A DNA stretch of 49,727 nt, filler included, from Actinomycetota bacterium (GTDB lineage: Bacteria > Actinomycetota > CADDZG01 > JAHWKV01 > JAOPZY01): the NCBI GenBank assembly GCA_025963875.1. It is 3 parts of 3 records of this genome, joined end to end, with 100 filler letters (N's around TTAATTAATTAA, not from the genome) between each part and the next. Parts side by side here need not be neighbours in the genome. Positions count along the whole stretch, not along the records: positions 1 to 28,688 come from JAOPZY010000052.1; 2 more parts are not named here. One strand, given 5' to 3'. The translations under genes were made by a program, and so were the position numbers. Below the pieces are notes generated by a model. It made no database searches and was not told the origin of the DNA. It was given only the letters and a program-made list of their open reading frames with translations. Shown piece by piece: positions 8,786 to 16,977 of the stretch (positions within the stretch are counted from its first letter, which is position 1; every line of letters starts with the position of its first letter).

Positions 8786-9088
8786 ATGAAGAGAGGACTG
8801 TCCGGCAAGACACGGAGGGGGAGCCCGCCACTGCCACGCCAGCGCAAGGCGTTGCGGATCGTGCAGTTCAGCCTCCTGGGCCTTGCCCTGTGCCTCGTGG
8901 CACTCGCCGCCTCCGCGGTGAATCAGCGGCGTCACCCACTGGCGCCCACGGCAACGCTGGGGGCCTCGGGGGGCCACGGCATCGGCGAGGTGGTTGCGCT
9001 GGGGGCAGGCGCCATCGCCCTCGGCGGCCTTGCCCTTGCCATGGGAGTCCGGGTCGTCCGTGGACCCGACCCGCACCTCCCGGAGTAA
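8786..9088 (+). CDS. Hypothetical two-TM membrane protein
   Basis: ORF fills the gap between the hup terminator and cofC; two hydrophobic segments. Confidence 0.55.
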   Translation: MKRGLSGKTRRGSPPLPRQRKALRIVQFSLLGLALCLVALAASAVNQRRHPLAPTATLGASGGHGIGEVVALGAGAIALGGLALAMGVRVVRGPDPHLPE

Positions 9089-9092
9089 CTCC

Positions 9093-9713
9093 TCAGCTCG
9101 CAGCCGCAAGGAGTTCCCGGGCCACCTTCACGCTGGCGTGGTCCAGGCCCGATGCGGCGAGGCGCCGCAGGTCTCCCGGGTCGTCGACGTCCAGGGAAAG
9201 GCCCGGCAGGCGCAGGCTCTTCACCCGCAGCCCGGCGTTGCTCGCGGCCCTGGCGTGGGACCTGGCGCTGTCGGGCCCGAACCGCGCGGTGATGGCACCG
9301 GGCGGCCGGCGCAGCAGCCCCGACGTTCCGCCGTCGTCGGAGCGGGCCACGACCACGTCGGCATCGGTGGCAAAGAGGGCCTCCAGATCCCGACCTGTCA
9401 CGAGGGGGACGTCGAAGGGCAGCACCAGCAACGCCGTTGCCCCCGCCGAGGTGCTGAGCGATGTTCCCTCAGCGACTGCATCGTTGAGTCCCGCCCCGGG
9501 ATCCGAGACGATGGACCAGCCCGTCGAGCCTGCAACGGAGGCGACGTCTGGGTCGGACGTCACCACCATGCGCAGCGGCCAGCCGGCCGCAGCGAGCAGC
9601 ACGTCGGCGAGCATCGACAGCGCCAGCCGCCGGCGCTGCGGAGGGCCGAGGACACCGGCGAGGCGCAGCTTCGACTCGGACAGGCGTTTGACCGGGATGA
9701 GGATGGCTTCCAC
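9093..9713 (-). CDS. cofC: 2-phospho-L-lactate/PEP guanylyltransferase (F420 biosynthesis, CofC/FbiD)
   Basis: IPVK..SKLRL, MLADVL, GLNDAV, DVP, GGTS, FGPDS, LDVDDPGDL motifs; position near hup, plsC and ddl. Confidence 0.92.
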   Translation of the reverse strand: MEAILIPVKRLSESKLRLAGVLGPPQRRRLALSMLADVLLAAAGWPLRMVVTSDPDVASVAGSTGWSIVSDPGAGLNDAVAEGTSLSTSAGATALLVLPFDVPLVTGRDLEALFATDADVVVARSDDGGTSGLLRRPPGAITARFGPDSARSHARAASNAGLRVKSLRLPGLSLDVDDPGDLRRLAASGLDHASVKVARELLAAAS

Positions 9714-9773
9714 CGGATTTCTCAGCCCGGGCGGTGATTCGGCTCACCCGGGCGCCTCCCTATACTCGGTTGC

Positions 9774-10988
9774 ATGGCCGAGAACGATACGCCAGTGTCG
9801 AATGGTGACCCGGCCCACGCGCCCGAACGAAAGCACTGGAAACACCTCTATTCCGAGATTGTCGCCACCGAGATCTGCACCGGCTGCGCCGCCTGCGTCG
9901 TCGCCTGCCCCCACCACGTGATCGAGATGCAGGACTTCCGTCCGGCCATGCAGGACTCCCTGCTCGGGATCGACAACTGCCAGCACGGTGAGGACGGCTG
10001 CTCGCTCTGCGCCATGGCGTGCCTGCGCCTCGACCCGGACTTCGACGCCATCGAGCACCTCCTGTACGGGCGGCGCCGCAAGCATCCCTCCGAGCCCTGG
10101 GGGGTCACCCGCAAGATGATGCTCGGCCGGACGTCGTCGTCGGACATCATGACCAAAGGCCAGGACGGCGGCGTGGTGACGGCCATCATCGGCTGGATGC
10201 TCTCCACGGGTGAGCTCGACGGCGCCACCTGCGCCAAGCCGATGAAGGACACCCCGTGGCTGGACGAGCCGTTCGTCGCCACCACACCGGAGGAGCTGCT
10301 CACGGGTGCGGGCTCCCGCTACACGTACTGCTCGACGCCCCTCGCCCTCAAGATGGCCGCCGAGCGCAAGCTCAAGAAGGTGGCCGCCATCGGCGTGTCC
10401 TGCGAGTCGACCGCGGTGCGGGAGATGGCCGCCGAGGGGATCAAGCGCTGGTCCCGTATGGTCAAGTTCGTCGCCGGCCTCATGTGCAACGAGACCTTCC
10501 AGTACGAGCCGTTCATCAACGACATCGTCCAGGGCCGCTACGGCATCGATATCTCGCAGGTGACGAAGATCAACGTGAAGGGCGACGTCTACGTCACCCT
10601 CACCGACGGGACCGACGTCAGGATCCCGCTCAAGGAGTGCCAGGAGACCTCGAACGAGTGGTGCCACCACTGCCCCGACTTCGCCGCCGAGCACGCCGAC
10701 ATCTCCTTCGGGGGCATCGGCCTCAAGGGCTGGACGATGTGCCTCATCCGCACCGAGTACGGCGAGGACGTCTGGAACCGGGCGGTCGCGGCGGGCGTGA
10801 TCGAGGTCATGCCCGCCGAGGAGGACCCGGCGGGACTCAAGGTGCTGGAGCGACTGGCCAAGAAACAGCGGTTCCGGGTGGGGCCGTTCGAACCGCAGGC
10901 GTCGGGCAGGTGGCCCGTGCGCGAGGTCCTCGACCGGGTGCGGCGTGAGGCGCTCGCCGAGTACCAGGGGGCCTCGGCGCCCGAGTAG
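9774..10988 (+). CDS. FrhB/FpoF-family F420-dependent oxidoreductase subunit with N-terminal ferredoxin domain
   Basis: CTGCAACVVACP and CSLCAMAC Fe-S motifs, GQDGGVVT, AGSRY, GVSC, GLMC, CHHCPDFAAEHADISFG. Confidence 0.88.
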   Translation: MAENDTPVSNGDPAHAPERKHWKHLYSEIVATEICTGCAACVVACPHHVIEMQDFRPAMQDSLLGIDNCQHGEDGCSLCAMACLRLDPDFDAIEHLLYGRRRKHPSEPWGVTRKMMLGRTSSSDIMTKGQDGGVVTAIIGWMLSTGELDGATCAKPMKDTPWLDEPFVATTPEELLTGAGSRYTYCSTPLALKMAAERKLKKVAAIGVSCESTAVREMAAEGIKRWSRMVKFVAGLMCNETFQYEPFINDIVQGRYGIDISQVTKINVKGDVYVTLTDGTDVRIPLKECQETSNEWCHHCPDFAAEHADISFGGIGLKGWTMCLIRTEYGEDVWNRAVAAGVIEVMPAEEDPAGLKVLERLAKKQRFRVGPFEPQASGRWPVREVLDRVRREALAEYQGASAPE

Positions 10989-11824
10989 TGGCAGCCACGC
11001 AGCCCCGCAAACGGGAACCCGTCTACGCGTTCGGCGAGCGCACGGTCGCGCCCGGGCTGCGGCTGTATTTCCGCTGGCACCTCGAGGGGCTGGAGCATAT
11101 CCCCAAGGATGGCGCCGCCCTCGTGGCGTCCAACCACCTCTCCTACCTCGACGGCCTGACCGTGGCCTACGGCGTCCACCGTGCCGGGCGACGGCCCCGA
11201 TTCCTGACGAAGTCGGGCCTTTTCAAGGTTCCGGTCGTCGGTGCTTTCCTGCGGGCGATCGGCCAGATCCCGGTCAGCCGCGGGACCAGGGAGGCGCCCC
11301 AGTCGCTCGACAACGCCGCGGCTGCGCTGGCCCGGGGCGAGGTCGTCGTGGTCTTCCCCGAGGGGACGACGAGCACGGCACCCGACCTTGCCATGGGCAA
11401 GCCCAAAACCGGTACGGCCCGGCTGGCCCTCATGAGCGGGATGGACGTGGTGCCGTGTGCCACCTGGGGCGGCCAGTGGATCTGGACCAAGCATCTCGGT
11501 GTGCACCTCCGGCCCCTTCAGGACGTGTGGGTGCGATTCGGTCCGCCCATCTCCTTCAAGGAGTACGAGGGCCGGGAGGAGGACCGGCAGGCGTGGCGGG
11601 AGGTCTCGGACCGGATCATGCTCGAGATCGCGGGCCTGCTCGAGGACCTGCAGGAAGCCAAACCGTGGACACCGCAGGAACCGACCCGCAAGAAGTTCAT
11701 CGCCGAGCAGGATGCGAAGAAGGCGACCGCTGCTGCCACGGCGAGGCAGGTCGAGGCTATGGAGTCCGAGGGGGGTCCGGCCGTCGAGGCTGCGCCCGAT
11801 GTGGCCGAGGAGCCTGAGGCCTGA
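10988..11824 (+). CDS. plsC: 1-acyl-sn-glycerol-3-phosphate acyltransferase family
   Basis: NHLSYLD (HX4D), FPEGT, KTGTARLA motifs. Confidence 0.88.
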   Translation: MAATQPRKREPVYAFGERTVAPGLRLYFRWHLEGLEHIPKDGAALVASNHLSYLDGLTVAYGVHRAGRRPRFLTKSGLFKVPVVGAFLRAIGQIPVSRGTREAPQSLDNAAAALARGEVVVVFPEGTTSTAPDLAMGKPKTGTARLALMSGMDVVPCATWGGQWIWTKHLGVHLRPLQDVWVRFGPPISFKEYEGREEDRQAWREVSDRIMLEIAGLLEDLQEAKPWTPQEPTRKKFIAEQDAKKATAAATARQVEAMESEGGPAVEAAPDVAEEPEA

Positions 11825-11861
11825 CCCTCGAAAGGTGTGGAAATTATTCGTATGGCCTGGC

Positions 11862-11910
11862 CCGAAGTTGGGAGCGAATCGCGCACATGCGCGCGCTGGG
11901 CTCCCAACCT
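11862..11910 (+). repeat. 49-bp REP-like imperfect palindrome, copy 1
   Basis: CCGAAGTTGGGAGCGAATCGCGCACATGCGCGCGCTGGGCTCCCAACCT; 44/49 identical to 29188-29236. Confidence 0.9.
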
Positions 11911-11976
11911 CCTCCTCCGGCCCCTGGCTCGCCTACCTCGGGCGGCCGGGCAACCTTGAGGTAGCGGCGGGCGGCG

Positions 11977-11998
11977 TTGTACGATGAGTACCGTACAA
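11977..11998. promoter_or_regulatory. Putative ArsR-family operator upstream of the regulator
   Basis: TTGTACG-N8-CGTACAA inverted repeat overlapping a TACGAT -10-like box. Confidence 0.65.
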
Positions 11999-12313
11999 AT
12001 GTATGCGACCCGAATTGACCTGTATCACCCGCCCCGGGACGAGATCACGCTCCAGGGCGTGCTGCATGCGCTGAGCGACCCACTCCGCCTCGACCTCGTT
12101 CGCCAGCTCGCCGAGTGTGGCGGCGAGCGGGCGTGCGGCAGCTTCGATCTGCCCATTGCCAAGTCGACGGCCACCCACCACTGGCGGGTGCTCCGGGAGG
12201 CCGGGGTGGTGAAGGCCCGGGAAGAGGGGACGAAGAAGTACCACAGCCTGCGGCGTGCGGACCTCGACGCCCGTTTCCCCGGCCTCCTGGACTCGATCCT
12301 CGCCAACGCCTGA
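11999..12313 (+). CDS. ArsR/SmtB family HTH transcriptional regulator
   Basis: LHALSDPLRL, KSTATHHWRVLREAGVV, DLDARFPGLL; start may be 11984 or 11999. Confidence 0.9.
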   Translation: MYATRIDLYHPPRDEITLQGVLHALSDPLRLDLVRQLAECGGERACGSFDLPIAKSTATHHWRVLREAGVVKAREEGTKKYHSLRRADLDARFPGLLDSILANA

Positions 12314-12320
12314 CCTCTGA

Positions 12321-12349
12321 TATAGTTCGATGTATGACGAACATCGAAC
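12321..12349 (+). promoter_or_regulatory. Leaderless-type -10 box plus operator at the MFS start
   Basis: TATAGT 7 nt before ATG 12334; GTTCG-N8-CGAAC nested in GTTCGATGT-N7-ACATCGAAC. Confidence 0.7.
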
Positions 12350-13926
12350 AACACGAGGACCGCCGCCTCGCCCTTGAGGAGCTGGAGGAGCTGGCCCTCC
12401 GGGGTCTTGAGGGGCGCCTCGGGGCTGACCCCCGGCGGTGGTGGGCCCTCGCGGTGCTGTGCCTCAGCCTCGTCCTCATCACCCTCGACAACACGGTCCT
12501 CAATGTGGCGTTGCCGACCCTCGTTCGGGATCTGCACGCCTCGACCTCCGAGCTGCAGTGGATCGTCGACAGCTACCAGCTCGTCTTCGCCGGCCTGCTG
12601 TTCAGTGCCGGGTCCATGGCCGACCGGTACGGGCGGAAGGGCACGCTCAGCCTCGGCCTCACGGTCTTCGGCGTCGGCACCTTCGCCGCGGCCTTCGCGG
12701 GCAGTGCCGGGATGCTCATCCTCACGAGGGCGTTCATGGGCATCGGCGGTGCCCTCATCATGCCCTCCACGCTGTCGATCCTCGGCGACGTCTTCCCCGA
12801 CCCCGCCGAGCGCACGCGTGCCATCGCCATCTGGGCGGCCATGGCCGCGGTCGGCATCGCCCTCGGACCGGTGCTGGGCGGCCTCCTGCTCGCTCGCTAC
12901 AGCTGGGGATCGATCTTCCTCGTGAACGTGCCCGTCGTCCTCGCGGCGCTTATCGGCGGTGCGCTGCTGCTGCCGAAGTCGAAGGATCCCGCCCCGGGGC
13001 GCATGGACCTCGTGGGGTCTGCGCTGTCGATCGCGACGCTGATGACGCTGGTCTTCGCGGTGATCGAGGGCCCGACCAAAGGTTGGACCAGCACGACGGT
13101 CCTGGGGGCCGCCGGAGCCGGGGTGGCCCTGCTGGCCGGCTTCCTCGCCTGGGAGTCGCACTCCGACCACCCCATGCTCGACCTCCGGCTCTTCGCCGAC
13201 CGGCGCTTCAGTGCGGGGGCGCTGACCTTGACGCTGCTCTACTTCGGTGGGCTCGGCACCTACTTCCTCTACACGCAACATCTGCAGTTCGTGCTCGGCT
13301 ACAGCGCCCTCCGGGCTGGGGTGTACTCCGTGCCCTTCGCCGTGGTGCTCGTCATCTTCTCCCTGCGCACGCCGTGGGCGGTGCAACGGTTCGGCACCGC
13401 CAGGGTGGCGGGGCTTGGGCTGATGACCCTTGCCCTGGGGGTCCTGCTGCGCTCCGGCGCCAATGCCCACACCGGCTACTGGGTGCTGCTCGTCTCCCTG
13501 ATGGTCGTCGGGGCAGGGGTCGGTAGCACGATCGCCCCCTCGACGACGTCGATCATGAGCTCGCTGTCGCCGCACCAGGCGGGCGTCGGCTCGGCGATCA
13601 ACGACGCATCCCGCCAGGTCGGCGGGGCGTTGGGCGTGGCCGTCCTCGGGAGCGTCTGGGCCTCGAGCTACGCGCACGCCCTGGCTGCGCCGGCCCTCCG
13701 GTTGGCCGTGGCCCCATCGGCGTTGCAGGCCAGCCGCGGCTCGGTCGGGGCGGCCCTCGCCGCGGCGCGCATGCTTCCGGCACCGGCGGGCCAGAGCCTC
13801 GTGGCGGCGGCTAAGGCCGCATTCGTCCACGGCTCGAATGTGGCCAACATCGTGGCAGCGTTGGTGGCGATCGGCGGGGCCTTCCTGGCGATGCGCTACC
13901 TGCCGCGCCTGAAACGGGGCGCCTGA
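12334..13926 (+). CDS. DHA2/EmrB-QacA family MFS efflux transporter
   Basis: LDNTVLNVALP, LQWIVDSY, ADRYGRK, LGPVLGG, WGSIFLVNVP motifs; ~14 TM. Confidence 0.93.
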   Translation: MTNIEQHEDRRLALEELEELALRGLEGRLGADPRRWWALAVLCLSLVLITLDNTVLNVALPTLVRDLHASTSELQWIVDSYQLVFAGLLFSAGSMADRYGRKGTLSLGLTVFGVGTFAAAFAGSAGMLILTRAFMGIGGALIMPSTLSILGDVFPDPAERTRAIAIWAAMAAVGIALGPVLGGLLLARYSWGSIFLVNVPVVLAALIGGALLLPKSKDPAPGRMDLVGSALSIATLMTLVFAVIEGPTKGWTSTTVLGAAGAGVALLAGFLAWESHSDHPMLDLRLFADRRFSAGALTLTLLYFGGLGTYFLYTQHLQFVLGYSALRAGVYSVPFAVVLVIFSLRTPWAVQRFGTARVAGLGLMTLALGVLLRSGANAHTGYWVLLVSLMVVGAGVGSTIAPSTTSIMSSLSPHQAGVGSAINDASRQVGGALGVAVLGSVWASSYAHALAAPALRLAVAPSALQASRGSVGAALAAARMLPAPAGQSLVAAAKAAFVHGSNVANIVAALVAIGGAFLAMRYLPRLKRGA

Positions 13927-13964
13927 GCCACGGGCGGTCCCGCTCAACTGACAGAATGGCCCCC

Positions 13965-15116
13965 ATGTGCCAGTTGAGCCGCATACGGGTGGCCGTCCTC
14001 TTCGGGGGGCGGTCGGGGGAGCACGAGGTCTCCTGCGCCTCGGCCCGCCACGTCGCTGCCGCCTTCGATCCCGACCGCTACCAGGTCGTGCCCGTGGGCA
14101 TCACCCGCGACGGCCGGTGGCTGCTGCCGGAGGTGTCCCGCCGGGTCCTCGAGGGCGGGCGGCTCCACATTCCCGAGACCGCCTTCGAGGCAGCCGGCGA
14201 ACCGGTCGCGCTCGCAGAGGGGACACGGGGGGCCGCCGCGGCGGGGCTCGAGGTCGACGTCGTCTTCCCCGTCCTCCACGGGCCGTACGGCGAGGACGGG
14301 ACCGTCCAGGGGCTGCTCGACATGGCCGGCATCCCTTACGTCGGCTCGGGGGTGCTCGGCTCGGCGCTCGGGATGGACAAGGAGAAGATGAAGCGGATGT
14401 TCCGCGACCACGGGCTGCCGATCGGCGACTTCGTGGCCATCAGGGCCCACGAGTGGGAGGACGACGCCGCCCGCTGCCTGGAGGCGGCGGTGGCCCTGGG
14501 GTTCCCGTCGTTCGCCAAGCCGGCCAACCTCGGCTCGTCCGTGGGAGTGTCGAAGTGCCAGGACGAAGCGTCGCTGGTCGCGGGAATCGAGGAGGCCCTC
14601 CGCCACGACCGCAAGGTGCTGGTGGAGGAGGGCATGGCCGGTCGGGAGATCGAGGTCGGGGTCCTCGGCAACGACCATCCCGAGGCCTCGGTGCCCGGCG
14701 AGGTGTTCCCCGGCCGCGAGTTCTACGACTACGCGGCGAAGTACCTCGACGACACGTCGCGGACCGAGATCCCCGCCGACCTCCCGCCGGCGGTGGTGCG
14801 GGAGCTCCAGGAACTGGCGGTGGCGGCCTTCCGGGCCGTGGATGCCGCCGGGATGGCCAGGGTCGATTTCTTCTGGGACGAGGCCGGCCAGACCGGATCG
14901 AGGGCGGTCGTGAACGAGATCAACACCATCCCGGGGTTCACGGAGATCTCGATGTTCCCCCAGCTGTGGGAGGCCTCGGGGCTGCCCTACCCGCGCCTGC
15001 TCGACCGCCTGGTGGAGCTTGCCCTGGAACGCCACCGGCAGCGCCCACGGCCGGAGGCGGTGGCTGCGCCGTGGTTGGAGGATCAGGCTGTCATAAGTGG
15101 ACGATCGGACAGGTGA
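13965..15116 (+). CDS. ddl: D-alanine--D-alanine ligase
   Basis: FGGRSGEHEVS, LHGPYGEDG, KPANLGSSVG, FYDYAAKY, NEINTIPGFT; exact start uncertain (13956/13965/13974). Confidence 0.96.
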   Translation: MCQLSRIRVAVLFGGRSGEHEVSCASARHVAAAFDPDRYQVVPVGITRDGRWLLPEVSRRVLEGGRLHIPETAFEAAGEPVALAEGTRGAAAAGLEVDVVFPVLHGPYGEDGTVQGLLDMAGIPYVGSGVLGSALGMDKEKMKRMFRDHGLPIGDFVAIRAHEWEDDAARCLEAAVALGFPSFAKPANLGSSVGVSKCQDEASLVAGIEEALRHDRKVLVEEGMAGREIEVGVLGNDHPEASVPGEVFPGREFYDYAAKYLDDTSRTEIPADLPPAVVRELQELAVAAFRAVDAAGMARVDFFWDEAGQTGSRAVVNEINTIPGFTEISMFPQLWEASGLPYPRLLDRLVELALERHRQRPRPEAVAAPWLEDQAVISGRSDR

Positions 15117-15333
15117 GGGTGCGGGTGATGCCCTCCACCGCCTGGATCTTGGCAACGACCAGCTTGCCGAGGTCGTCGACCGTCCTGGCCTCGGCCTTCG
15201 CGATGACGTCGTAGGGACCCGTCACGTCGTCGGCGGCGGTGACGCCGGCGATGCCATGGACCTCTTGCGCCACCTGCGCTGCCTTCCCCACTTCGGTCTG
15301 GATCAGGATGTACGCCTGCACTTGGGCCGCCAA
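15091..15333 (-). CDS. Lrp/AsnC ligand-binding domain protein
   Basis: VQAYILIQTEVGKA...VTGPYDVI...ITRTLTCP; AGGGAGG RBS; typical neighbour of ddl/thiL in Actinobacteria. Confidence 0.9.
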   Translation of the reverse strand: MAAQVQAYILIQTEVGKAAQVAQEVHGIAGVTAADDVTGPYDVIAKAEARTVDDLGKLVVAKIQAVEGITRTLTCPIVHL

Positions 15334-15419
15334 TCAGCTCACCTCCCTTTCGTCAGCCGTAATCCTACGGACATACTGGAGGCGATAACAGGCCTGTATC
15401 GTCGGCTTTGGGCCAGGAA

Positions 15420-16073
15420 ATGAAGCCCTTCGCCGATCGGGACGAGGCGGGCCGCCTCCTCGGGGAGGCCCTGAGCGACCTCGACGAGGCGCCCGGGACG
15501 GGGGCACTCGTCCTTGGCATCCCCCGGGGCGGCGTGATCGTGGCCGCCGCGGCGGCCCGGGTGATCGGCGCCGATCTCGACGTGATGGTGCCTGCCAAGA
15601 TCCGCGCTCCGCACCAACCGGAGCTGGCCATCGGGGCGGTTGCGCCCGACGGCGGCGTCTGGCTGGACATCGCCGCGGTGGCGGCCCTTGCCATCCCGGA
15701 CGCGGTCCTGGATGCGCAGGTCAGCGCCGCCAGGCAGGAGGTTCTCCGGCGCACCGCGGCGTTCCGGGGCGACCGCACGCCGCCGGCGATCTCGGGCCGC
15801 TTCGTGGTCCTGGTGGACGACGGCATCGCCACGGGCGCGACGATCACCGCAGCCGCCCGCTCGCTGCGGGCACAGGAGCCTGCCCGCCTGGTCATCGCGG
15901 TGCCCGTTGCCCCCGGCCAGGCGGTGCTGCAACTCGCCGCCGAAGTCGATCAGGTAGTGTGCCTGGCGTCGCCGGAACCGTTTATGGCAGTCGGACAGTG
16001 GTATCAGGACTTCCGGCAGGTGGGCGACGATGCGGTCCGGCAGGCACTCGCCGCCACCGGAGGGGAACCCTGA
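15420..16073 (+). CDS. Phosphoribosyltransferase family protein
   Basis: FADRDEAGRLL, GIPRGG, VDDGIATGAT PRPP loop, AVGQWYQDFRQV. Confidence 0.9.
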   Translation: MKPFADRDEAGRLLGEALSDLDEAPGTGALVLGIPRGGVIVAAAAARVIGADLDVMVPAKIRAPHQPELAIGAVAPDGGVWLDIAAVAALAIPDAVLDAQVSAARQEVLRRTAAFRGDRTPPAISGRFVVLVDDGIATGATITAAARSLRAQEPARLVIAVPVAPGQAVLQLAAEVDQVVCLASPEPFMAVGQWYQDFRQVGDDAVRQALAATGGEP

Positions 16074-16089
16074 AAGGAAGGAAATCGGC

Positions 16090-16596
16090 ATGGCCAGGTA
16101 CGCAACGCTGGTGACGAGCATGGGCGACATCAAGGTAAAGCTGCTGGACGACACGGCGCCCAAGACCGTCGAGAACTTCGTGGGTCTGGCCACGGGGACG
16201 AAGGAATGGTCCACCCGGTTCGGGGAGAAGAAGAACGAGCCGCTGTACGCCGGCACCGTCTTCCACCGGGTCATCCCGGACTTCATGATCCAGGGCGGCG
16301 ACCCCCTCGGCAACGGCACGGGCGGCCCCGGCTACAAGTTCGAGGACGAGTTCGGCGGCCCGCACACGTTCAACGGCCCCGGCTACCTGGCCATGGCCAA
16401 CGCGGGCCCCAATACCAACGGAAGCCAGTTCTTCGTCACCGTCGCGGCGACCCCGTGGCTGAACGGAAAGCACACCATCTTCGGCATCGTCACCGAGGGA
16501 CAGGACATCGCCGACGCGATCTCCAAGGTCGCCGCCATCGGCGACCGCCCGAACGTCGACATCGTCCTGGAGGATGTGAAGATCGAGGAGGAGTAG
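16090..16596 (+). CDS. ppiA: Cyclophilin-type peptidyl-prolyl cis-trans isomerase
   Basis: APKTVENF, FHRVIPDFMIQGGDP, AMANAGPNTNGSQFF, WLNGKHTIFG; AAGGA RBS. Confidence 0.95.
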   Translation: MARYATLVTSMGDIKVKLLDDTAPKTVENFVGLATGTKEWSTRFGEKKNEPLYAGTVFHRVIPDFMIQGGDPLGNGTGGPGYKFEDEFGGPHTFNGPGYLAMANAGPNTNGSQFFVTVAATPWLNGKHTIFGIVTEGQDIADAISKVAAIGDRPNVDIVLEDVKIEEE

Positions 16597-16656
16597 GCGC
16601 CCGCTCCTACGCCCCGGAGGAGGTCCGGGGGCGGCGGACACCGCCGGGCCGAGCGG

Positions 16657-16705
16657 AGGTTAGTCGCCTTTCGCGCACATAAGCGCGCTGCGCTCCTAAG
16701 TTTGG
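16657..16705 (-). repeat. 49-bp REP-like palindrome, copy 2
   Basis: Minus strand CCAAACTTAGGAGCGCAGCGCGCTTATGTGCGCGAAAGGCGACTAACCT aligns ungapped with copy 1; lies between convergent genes. Confidence 0.82.
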
Positions 16706-16733
16706 CGGCCACCCACCCCGGCTCGGGCCGGGC

Positions 16734-16943
16734 CTAGGTCCGGGGCTCCACCTCGAAGAAGATCCTGACCTCGGTCCGGAACTCCTCGACGTCGCCGTCG
16801 CTGATGGTGGCGCTGGTTTTCAGCACCTCCATGCGCCGGATGTTCCGGATGGTCTTGGCGGCCTCTTTCAGGGCCTCCCGGGCCGCCGCGCCCCATGATT
16901 CGGGCGACACGCCTTCGAGTTCGAGGGTGTTGATGACAGGCAC
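16734..16943 (-). CDS. Dodecin family flavin-binding protein
   Basis: 69 aa; LELEGVSPESW..AA.EA..EAAKTIRNIR..EV...FRTEVRIFFEVE; TATCAT 6 nt before GTG. Confidence 0.85.
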   Translation of the reverse strand: MPVINTLELEGVSPESWGAAAREALKEAAKTIRNIRRMEVLKTSATISDGDVEEFRTEVRIFFEVEPRT

Positions 16944-16977
16944 GCCCCGATGATACGCCTGCCTGTACCCTGACGGC

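Noticed and set aside
9774..10988. FrhB-like gene as evidence of an F420-reducing [NiFe] hydrogenase or methanogen origin
   Set aside because: No large or small hydrogenase subunit or maturation genes in the window; codon style and neighbours are actinobacterial.
11862..11910. 49-bp palindromes as integron attC sites
   Set aside because: Core triplets are arranged GTT...AAC, the inverse of attC (RYYYAAC...GTTRRRY); flanking genes are housekeeping genes, not cassettes; no integrase is present.
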